Notes under the pieces: generated by a model
What the model was told of the DNA's origin: nothing
The model's database searches: none
The model's input: the letters and a program-made list of their open reading frames with translations, nothing else
Shown here: piece after piece, positions 1 to 6,698 of the stretch
How the letters are laid out: each line of letters starts with the position of its first letter
Numbering within the stretch: position 1 is the stretch's first letter
Translations under genes and position numbers: made by a program
NCBI GenBank assembly: GCA_964534375.1
Contig: CAZHPN010000048.1
Coordinates: forward strand, 1 to 35,435
From: an uncultured bacterium
Lineage (GTDB): Bacteria > Lernaellota > Lernaellaia > Lernaellales > Lernaellaceae
Reading direction: 5' to 3'
Length of the DNA: 35,435 bases

Positions 1-2
1 CG

Positions 3-635
3 CCTGGCGTCGGCGCGATCGCATTCGACGGCGCCCTCGCCTTCGCGCTGGTCAATCTGTTTCTCGGCGGGGCCGGTCCGGAACGCCGCCGCGCCGCCGA
101 TCGCGGCCTCACGGCGATCGAGCGGCCCATCGTGCGCCGGGTCGCCGCAACCGCCCTCGCCGCGCTCGACAGGGCACTTGCACCGTTCGGGGCCGGCCGC
201 GTGGAATGGATCGACGACGAACCGGCGGCGCCGCTGGCAGCGGTCGGCCGCGCAGCCGAAAATGTGCTGGCCTTCGAAAGCCGGGTGCAGATCGTCGGCG
301 ATTCGGGCGCGGTGCGGCTGGCCCTGCCCTTTGCGATGATCGAACCACTGCGCCGCCGGCTGGCCGCCGATTGGCTCGGCGCAGGCCCGCTGCTGGCCGA
401 CGACGAGTGGCGCGAGGCGCTGGGCGAGGCCGTCCGCGACGCGGCGGTCACGGTGGTCGCGCGGCTGGGCGACGTCGACTTGACCGTCGCGGAGTTCGCC
501 GATTTGCAGCCGGGGCAGATTCTGGAACTCGACAAGTTTTTCGACGATTTGGTCGAGGTCGCCGTCGAGGAGCGGCCGATGTTTCGCGCCGAGCCGGCCG
601 TCGCCCGCGGCCGCAAGGCGGTGAAGATCGTATGA
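3..635 (+). CDS. fliM: Flagellar motor switch protein FliM, 5'-truncated by the window edge (divergent)
   Basis: Frame is open from position 3: LVNLFLGGAG...RGLTAIERPIVRR matches the FliM middle-domain GG...TxIE motif. C-terminal SpoA domain (VVARLGDVDLTVAEFADLQPGQILEL...AVKIV). Directly upstream of fliN. Confidence 0.85.
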   Translation, partial: PGVGAIAFDGALAFALVNLFLGGAGPERRRAADRGLTAIERPIVRRVAATALAALDRALAPFGAGRVEWIDDEPAAPLAAVGRAAENVLAFESRVQIVGDSGAVRLALPFAMIEPLRRRLAADWLGAGPLLADDEWREALGEAVRDAAVTVVARLGDVDLTVAEFADLQPGQILELDKFFDDLVEVAVEERPMFRAEPAVARGRKAVKIV

Positions 636-684
636 ACGGCAAACCCGGATTCGGCCCGCCCGGGCGCGGCCGCAGGAACAGCGC

Positions 685-1023
685 ATGACCGACGACGAAC
701 AGCGCGACGCTGACGAGTCCGCGGCGCCGCCGGCGGAAACGCCGCCCGCCGGCGCGGCCGTGGCGCGCTCGCTCGAATTCGTCATGGATATTCCGCTGTC
801 GCTGACGGTCGAACTCGGCCGCACGCGCCTGACGATCGGCGAACTGCTGACGCTCGGGCCGGGCAGCGTCGTGCCCCTCGCCAAACTGGCCGGCGAGCCG
901 CTGGAGATCCTGCTCAACAACAAGCTGATCGCCCGCGGCGAGGCCGTGGTCGTCAACGAAAAGCTCGGCGTTCGGCTGACGGAGATCGTCGGCAAGGGCG
1001 AGCGAATCGAGAAATTGCGGTAA
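685..1023 (+). CDS. fliN: Flagellar motor switch protein FliN
   Basis: DIPLSLTVELGRTRLTIGELLTLGPGSVVPL...IARGEAVVVNEKLGVRLTEI is the canonical FliN SpoA domain. AGGA RBS upstream. Confidence 0.95.
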   Translation: MTDDEQRDADESAAPPAETPPAGAAVARSLEFVMDIPLSLTVELGRTRLTIGELLTLGPGSVVPLAKLAGEPLEILLNNKLIARGEAVVVNEKLGVRLTEIVGKGERIEKLR

Positions 1024-1037
1024 TTCTGGAAGCGAGG

Positions 1038-1066
1038 TTGCCCCGCAGGCGCGCGAAAGTTAGGCT
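1038..1066 (+). promoter_or_regulatory. Putative sigma70-type promoter for flhG
   Basis: TTGCCC-N17-TAGGCT, about 40 nt upstream of the ATG at 1104. Confidence 0.4.
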
Positions 1067-1103
1067 GCGCGCCAGGTTGCGCCACGGAATCGACGGAGAT
1101 CGC

Positions 1104-1973
1104 ATGAGCCGCGAAGACAATCCGCATTCGCCATTCGACATTCCGCATTTGGAAGATCGCCCACCGCAGCAACAAACGCTCGTGCTGTCGGTGACCTCCG
1201 GCAAGGGCGGCGTCGGCAAAACGAACGTCGCGGTCAACCTCGGCCTGGCCCTGACCCGCCTCGGGAAAAAGGTGCTGATTTTCGATACCGACCTCGGCCT
1301 CGCCAACGTCGATCTGCTTCTCAACCTGCACCCGCAGTATACGCTCCACGACGTGCTGACCGGCGCTCGGCGGATCGAAGAGATCGTGCTCGACGGGCCC
1401 GACGGCTTGCGCGTGCTGCCGGCGTTTTCCGGCGTCGATGAGGTGCGCGCGCTGACCGAGGCGCAGCGGCTCGAACTCGCCGCGCAGTTTGAGGCCTGGC
1501 GGCCCGACATCGACGTGCTGCTCCTCGACACCGGCGCCGGCATCGGCCCGAACGTCATGTTCTTCAACGTCGTCGCGCAGCACATCCTCGTCGTCGTCAC
1601 GCCGGAGCCGACGAGCATCACCGACGCCTACGCCTTGATGAAGGTGCTTTCGGCGCGCTACCGCGAAAAGCGCTTCCTGCTGCTGGTCAACATGGCGCAC
1701 GACGAACGCCAGGGGCGCGAGACGTACCGGCAGATCGTGCAGGTCGCCGACCGCTTCCTCGATGTGTCGATCAACTACCTCGGCGCGATCCCCCGCGATC
1801 CAGACGTGACCCGCGCCGTACAGTCGCGCCGGCCGCTGCTCGACGCCTTCCCGCATTCGCCCGCCGCCAAAGCGCTCGCCGACCTCGCGCAAACCGTCGC
1901 CGCGCTCGAATCGCCGCCCTCGCCCAAGGGGAATATTCAGTTTCTCTGGCGGCGGGTGCTGCAGGTGGAATAG
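1104..1973 (+). CDS. flhG: MinD/ParA-family ATPase FlhG (FleN)
   Basis: Deviant Walker A SGKGGVGKT, DTDLGLANVD, DTGAG and TPEPTSITDAYALMK motifs. C-terminal amphipathic helix GNIQFLWRRVL. ATG 1104 has a GGAG RBS. Confidence 0.9.
   Translation: MSREDNPHSPFDIPHLEDRPPQQQTLVLSVTSGKGGVGKTNVAVNLGLALTRLGKKVLIFDTDLGLANVDLLLNLHPQYTLHDVLTGARRIEEIVLDGPDGLRVLPAFSGVDEVRALTEAQRLELAAQFEAWRPDIDVLLLDTGAGIGPNVMFFNVVAQHILVVVTPEPTSITDAYALMKVLSARYREKRFLLLVNMAHDERQGRETYRQIVQVADRFLDVSINYLGAIPRDPDVTRAVQSRRPLLDAFPHSPAAKALADLAQTVAALESPPSPKGNIQFLWRRVLQVE
1119..1150 (+). repeat. Degenerate heptamer array (ATTCCGC family) inside the flhG 5' end
   Basis: AATCCGC ATTCGCC ATTCGAC ATTCCGC ATTT. Same unit as the intergenic array at 14094-14123. 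Confidence 0.6.
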
Positions 1974-1983
1974 GCGGCAGAAT

Positions 1984-2018
1984 TGCCAACCAAATAGTTG
2001 CCAACTTTTTGGTTGGCA
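1984..2018. other. 35-nt near-perfect palindrome between flhG and the methyltransferase (terminator or operator)
   Basis: TGCCAACCAAATAGTTG-C-CAACTTTTTGGTTGGCA: 17-bp arms with one mismatch. Confidence 0.7.
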
Positions 2019-2089
2019 GGCACTTGGGCTTGGAAAGCCCCCGCTTTCGTGCAACATACACCCTGCCCTTCTTCTCGTCGGGGGTTGCA

Positions 2090-2962
2090 TTGGCGGGCAA
2101 GGTTTTTTTCGGCGATAATCTGCAAATTCTGCGCGGGATGGCGGATCAGAGCGTCGATCTGATTTACATCGACCCGCCGTTCAACACGGGAAAGCGCCAG
2201 GCGCGCACGTCGATCAAGACCGTGCGCGACGAGGAAAACGGCGACCGCGTCGGCTATCAGGGGAAGCGCTACCGCACCACGAAACTCGCCTCGACCGGCT
2301 ACGCCGATGTCTTCGACGATTTCGTCGCGTTTATTGAACCCCGCGTGGTTGAGGCATACCGCGTGTTGAAACCGAACGGCAGCTTCTTTTTTCACATCGA
2401 CTACCGCGAGGTCCATTATTGCAAGGTTCTGCTCGACACGATTTTCGGGCGCGCGTCGTTTCGCAACGAGATTATCTGGGCGTACGATTACGGCGGACGC
2501 AGCAAAACCGCGTGGTCGGCCAAGCACGACAATATCCTGTGGTACGCCAAAGACCCCGATCACTACACTTTCAATTTCGAAGCGATGGATCGCATTCCGT
2601 ATATGGCGCCGGGCCTGGTCGGGCCGGAAAAAGCCGCGCGGGGCAAGACCCCGACCGATGTCTGGTGGCACACGATCGTGAGCCCGAACGGCAAAGAGAA
2701 AACCGGCTACGCGACGCAGAAGCCGCTGGCCATTCTCGAACGCATCGTGCGCGTTCATTCGCTGCCAGGCGACCTCTTGCTCGATTTCTTCGCCGGCGCC
2801 GGCTCGTTCGGCGAAGCCGCCGCTCGCCACGGCCGCGATTTCATCCTCGTCGACAACAACCCCGAAGCGATCACCGTTATGAAGAAACGCCTGGCCGCGT
2901 ACGGGACTGAATTCATCGGCTGCGACGGAATCGCCAAAGCAACTGGCGCCTGCCAGGAATAG
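2090..2962 (+). CDS. Site-specific DNA methyltransferase, beta class (N6_N4_Mtase), orphan
   Basis: GDNL...DLIYIDPPF (motif IV) precedes TQKP...LDFFAGAGS (motif I), which is the beta order. Probable TTG start at 2090; the ORF is open from 2009. Confidence 0.9.
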   Translation: MAGKVFFGDNLQILRGMADQSVDLIYIDPPFNTGKRQARTSIKTVRDEENGDRVGYQGKRYRTTKLASTGYADVFDDFVAFIEPRVVEAYRVLKPNGSFFFHIDYREVHYCKVLLDTIFGRASFRNEIIWAYDYGGRSKTAWSAKHDNILWYAKDPDHYTFNFEAMDRIPYMAPGLVGPEKAARGKTPTDVWWHTIVSPNGKEKTGYATQKPLAILERIVRVHSLPGDLLLDFFAGAGSFGEAAARHGRDFILVDNNPEAITVMKKRLAAYGTEFIGCDGIAKATGACQE

Positions 2963-3034
2963 TTACTATCTTTTGCCAAGGGGTTGGTGTGGGGAGACGC
3001 CGCGCGTGGATTCGCCGGACGAAACGAGAGGTTC

Positions 3035-4270
3035 ATGATCGACCGCCTGGACAGCAGCACGAAGGTGTTGGTGCTCGCGGGCGTCATTGCACTCATGGTG
3101 CTCGTCAATGGGGCGTTCGCGGTCTTTTGGACGACGAATCTGCGGCGCGAGTTCGTCGAATCGCGCGGCGAGGCGGCCCCGTTTGCGATCGCGGCGACGA
3201 AAATCGTCATGCTGCACGAGGACGAGGCGGGGCATTTCGACAAAGCGTGGCGGGTCGGCGCCGCGGACTCCGACCTGCCCGACGAAACGACGCGCGAAAC
3301 CCAGCAAAAGGAGTTCTTTGACGCCAACGCGCGGGTCGACGACATGCTGCGCGAGCAAAGCCTGCTCGCGGAAAGCGCGAGCGCCGCGCCCGATCGGAGC
3401 CTCTCGCCGTGGGCCAACAGCGAGGCCGTCCGTCTGCTCGACGAGATGGCGCGCGAGCATAAGGCCTACGTCGAACTGGCGCAGCGCGCGTACGCCTATC
3501 AGCAGGCCGGCGACCCGGAGGCCGCCGCCGGCGTGCGCGCGCACGTCGACGCCGCCGAGCAGCGCTTCGAAGAGGCGAGCACGGCGTTAGTCGGGCTGGC
3601 CCAACGCCTCGTCGCCGCGGCCGACCGCCGGTTGCGCCGCGCCGAAACCGGTCTGCAGCACACCCTGATCACGTTCACCGCGGCCGCCTTTGCCGTTGGC
3701 CTCTGGATGATGTACCTGATTCGGCGGATCAATCACGCGCGCCGCGCCGCCGAAGACGAGATCCGGCGGCTGGCGCTGCACGACCCGCTGACGGGCCTCG
3801 CCAACCGTCGCTTTTTCGACGAGCAACTCGAACTGGCGATCGAGGAGGCGCGTCGTTTCGGCGACCCGCTCTCGCTCTGTCTGTGCGACCTCGATCATTT
3901 CAAAAAGATCAATGACGAACACGGCCACCACGTCGGCGACGCGATTCTCCGCCGCTTCGCCGAACTGGCGCGCGACGGCGTGCGGTCCGTCGATCTCGCC
4001 GGCCGCTACGGGGGCGACGAGTTCGTCATCTTTTTCCGCCGCACGAACGCCGCCGAGGCCCGCGTCGTCCTCGAACGCATTTGCGAAAACCTGCGCGCAA
4101 GCGCCCAGGCCGACGCCCGCGGCGACCTCTGCCGCGCCACTGCCGCCTGCGGCGTCGCCGACTTCCAACCGCATTACCCCAACGCACAGGCGCTATTCGT
4201 CGCCGCCGACCAAGCTCTCTACCGCGCCAAAGCGGCGGGGCGTGACTGCATCGCGGTGTTGGAAGAGTAG
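3035..4270 (+). CDS. Membrane-bound diguanylate cyclase (two TM helices, helical periplasmic sensor, GGDEF)
   Basis: HDPLTGLANRR, DLDHFKKINDEHGH, RSVD (RxxD I-site) and RYGGDEF motifs. Two hydrophobic segments flank a ~180-aa helical region. Confidence 0.92.
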   Translation: MIDRLDSSTKVLVLAGVIALMVLVNGAFAVFWTTNLRREFVESRGEAAPFAIAATKIVMLHEDEAGHFDKAWRVGAADSDLPDETTRETQQKEFFDANARVDDMLREQSLLAESASAAPDRSLSPWANSEAVRLLDEMAREHKAYVELAQRAYAYQQAGDPEAAAGVRAHVDAAEQRFEEASTALVGLAQRLVAAADRRLRRAETGLQHTLITFTAAAFAVGLWMMYLIRRINHARRAAEDEIRRLALHDPLTGLANRRFFDEQLELAIEEARRFGDPLSLCLCDLDHFKKINDEHGHHVGDAILRRFAELARDGVRSVDLAGRYGGDEFVIFFRRTNAAEARVVLERICENLRASAQADARGDLCRATAACGVADFQPHYPNAQALFVAADQALYRAKAAGRDCIAVLEE

Positions 4271-4301
4271 AAGTCAGAAGGCAGAAGCTAGAAGCCAGAA
4301 G
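4269..4301 (+). repeat. Heptamer tandem array (AGAAGNN)x4-5 starting at the DGC stop codon
   Basis: AGAAGTC AGAAGGC AGAAGCT AGAAGCC AGAAG. The first 16 nt are the exact reverse complement of 17805-17820. Confidence 0.85.
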
Positions 4302-4413
4302 ATCGCGCAAGTCGTCTGAACCTAGGCGTCCCCGGCGGTTCGATTAGCTCGACTGGATCATGGCGCAGTCATCCGCGTCGTCGGCGGTTGAAAATCCGAA
4401 ACCCGCCGGCCGG

Positions 4414-5334
4414 TCAGTCGTGGTCGAAGAACGTCCGCATCGTCACGCGTTGGCCGGCGGCGGCGTCGGGCCCGGGCGTCGCGACGCCGAGGAACAGGAC
4501 CACCTCCTGGCCGAGCCGCACGAGGCGGCCCGCGGCGTCGGTCTCGAAGCCGCCTTTGACGGTCCCACTGCTCACCTTCAGGCTGGGGCCGGCGCCCGCG
4601 GCCGGTTGCCTCGCCGGGGGTTCCTGATCCTCGGGGCGGATGGCACCGGCGAAGGTCAGCCGTGACGGTTTGTCTTCGTTTTCCAGCTTGGTCGTCTGCG
4701 TGAACGCGAGTTTGCCGAGGTACGGCACGTAGATCGCGCGGCGATTCGACCAGAGCGGCAGCGGTTTCTTCGACGCCGGCGGCAGGCTGGCGTAGTAAAT
4801 CTCGAAGATGTCGGCGATGAAATCGGGGCCGTAATGCATCGTGAAGGCGTTGACGACTTCCAGCGAAAGCTCGCCGCGCGGCGCCCGTTCCTTGGCGTCG
4901 GCAAGGATGCGGTCGAAGCCGCCCACCTGCGTCACACGACCGGCGGCGTCGAGCGTCAGCGTCAGCGGGTGGTCGATCATCGCGAGCAACGGGCGGTGGT
5001 AGTCGGCGATCTTGCCGCCGCGTTCGTCGCTGTCGAAGCGGATAATCTGGCCGCCGGCGAGGTCGGTTTGCAGGCGAATGCGGTGGACGACAATCTGCAC
5101 GCGGCGGACATCGGGCGCGACGGGCGGTAAGACCGTCTGCTCGACGTCCAAGATGCGGTGCGCTTCATACTTCTTGACATACTGTCCCTTCAGGCGCAGT
5201 TCGTCGTCAATGTCCAGCGAAATGCGAAATGCGTCGACCGCGCCGGATTTGAGCGCGACCGACAGCGGCGGCAACTTGGCGCAGGCGGCGACCGCCGCGG
5301 TCAGCGCGACGAGGAGGAAGACCCATTGCCGCAT
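4414..5334 (-). CDS. Hypothetical lipoprotein (possibly DUF6263-like)
   Basis: Signal peptide with lipobox AVAAC and a GGGAGG RBS. The family guess rests on FDSD...LTLTLDAAGRVTQVGG and is tentative. Confidence 0.7.
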   Translation of the reverse strand: MRQWVFLLVALTAAVAACAKLPPLSVALKSGAVDAFRISLDIDDELRLKGQYVKKYEAHRILDVEQTVLPPVAPDVRRVQIVVHRIRLQTDLAGGQIIRFDSDERGGKIADYHRPLLAMIDHPLTLTLDAAGRVTQVGGFDRILADAKERAPRGELSLEVVNAFTMHYGPDFIADIFEIYYASLPPASKKPLPLWSNRRAIYVPYLGKLAFTQTTKLENEDKPSRLTFAGAIRPEDQEPPARQPAAGAGPSLKVSSGTVKGGFETDAAGRLVRLGQEVVLFLGVATPGPDAAAGQRVTMRTFFDHD

Positions 5335-5373
5335 GAGCAGCCTCCCTGCGGAAATCGGCTCAGCACACCGAAC

Positions 5374-5940
5374 TCACTCGAATGTCGTGCCGCGAACGCA
5401 ACGCACCAACTGCGTCGTTTCATTGTTCGCGGAAAGCACCGAGCCGGTGGAAAAATCGAGCGTCCAGTACCAGCCGGGATTGTCCGTGGTCGCGGTGGAG
5501 GACCAATACGCGCTGCAAACGCCGGCAACATCCGACGGCCACCAGCAGCCTGCCGTCGGACCGCCGTTGTCGGCGCACGGCAGATAGCAGGCGGCATTGC
5601 CGCAGTCGCCAAGGGTGGTGCACTCGTCGGTCACCCCGCAGGCGCCGCCGGGCGCCGCGCCGGCGCAACCTTGCGTCAACGAACGCAGTTCCGAAATCGT
5701 CGGCAGTCGCCAGCCGCCGGCCCCGTCGAAGTTGCCGCTCGTGCAAATGGCGTTGGCGCGATACCAATCGACCGCGGCGGACGACGCGAATTGCTGCCAC
5801 ACCAGCGAGGCCGTCTGGTCGGACACCACGGCGGAACGGCGGATCCCGCCGACGTGATCGTTGCAGGCGCCGCCCAACAAGGCGCCGACCGCAGCAAACA
5901 CGACCAACAAAAGAAAAGCCAAACGCTTGCGCAATTTCAT
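5374..5940 (-). CDS. DUF1566 (Lcl C-terminal / CLec-fold) lipoprotein with Cys-rich insert
   Basis: DQTASLVWQQ, WYRANAIC, WRLPTISELRSL, YWSST, WTLDFSTG and VRCVR motifs. Lipobox-like LGGAC. Confidence 0.85.
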   Translation of the reverse strand: MKLRKRLAFLLLVVFAAVGALLGGACNDHVGGIRRSAVVSDQTASLVWQQFASSAAVDWYRANAICTSGNFDGAGGWRLPTISELRSLTQGCAGAAPGGACGVTDECTTLGDCGNAACYLPCADNGGPTAGCWWPSDVAGVCSAYWSSTATTDNPGWYWTLDFSTGSVLSANNETTQLVRCVRGTTFE

Positions 5941-6469
5941 CGACCGCTCCAGATATTACATCGAATCGCGAACGGAAATGCCCGCCGCGCCGAGCCATCA
6001 TCGGGGCGCCCGCGGCCGTTGTCAATCGACGCCTCGATGGTTGACACATTGGACGCAAAGGGCGCACAGAGACGCCCGAGCCAGCCTCGTCCCGCCGGCG
6101 GCGCGGGCGGCAAATTGGCTTTGTTTCGTAATTTTGCCTCTTTTGGCCGATTGAAACTCCCGAAGACGTCGTTGTTGCCGGCGTCAACACGACGAACAGC
6201 CGCGCTCAACGCCGTAAATGCCGATCGCCATCTATCAAAATAACGTTCCGCAACGGTGGAAATCGCGGTCCATAAACACCCCTTTTGATCGGAGCTCACA
6301 CCGGGCATGTCGAACCCGAACCTCACACGGAGACGCCGCAAAGCCGGACAGAGAAGGGCGACGCGCTGAAAACAGCCTCGGGTTCCGATAACGCGATCAC
6401 AAAAGGGCCGCCCCGACCCGCGCCCCACTTATCCGCGGGCGCAGCAAGCAGATTCCCTGCAGCCGACCG

Positions 6470-6567
6470 GCACAGCCGAGGGCGACTGCGCCACAAAAAC
6501 ATAGGCGGGTGGGGACACCCGCGCCCCCCGGGAAAGCGCAGTCCCGCCGTGGCGGGATTGCGCCACA
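6470..6567. repeat. Cluster of three REP-like hairpins
   Basis: GCACAGCCGAGGGCGACTGCGCCACA (6470-6495), GGCGGGTGGGGACACCCGCGCCCCCC (6504-6529) and GCGCAGTCCCGCC-GT-GGCGGGATTGCGC-CACA (6536-6567). Two end in CGCCACA (TGTGGCG on the minus strand). Confidence 0.6.
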
Positions 6568-6698
6568 GGAATATGGGCTGGCGAGGACGCCGGGGGTCCT
6601 AGGGAAGCACTGCCAGGCGCAACGCGATTTGACGAAAACGCCGCCGTAGTTTATTCAACCGTGGAATATTTGGCAGTCAAGATTCAGCGAAAAGCGCG

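Noticed and set aside
2009..4270. Restriction-modification or other defence system
   Set aside because: The MTase neighbours are flhG and a diguanylate cyclase. No nuclease, helicase or specificity gene is present.
6020..6130. c-di-GMP-I (GEMM) riboswitch suggested by GGACGCAAAG
   Set aside because: The upstream GGCAAAC/GNRA stem and the downstream tetraloop-receptor elements are absent.
5374..6698. Complete diversity-generating retroelement
   Set aside because: A DUF1566 target-like gene is present, but I found no reverse transcriptase, Avd or adenine-variant template repeat in the window.
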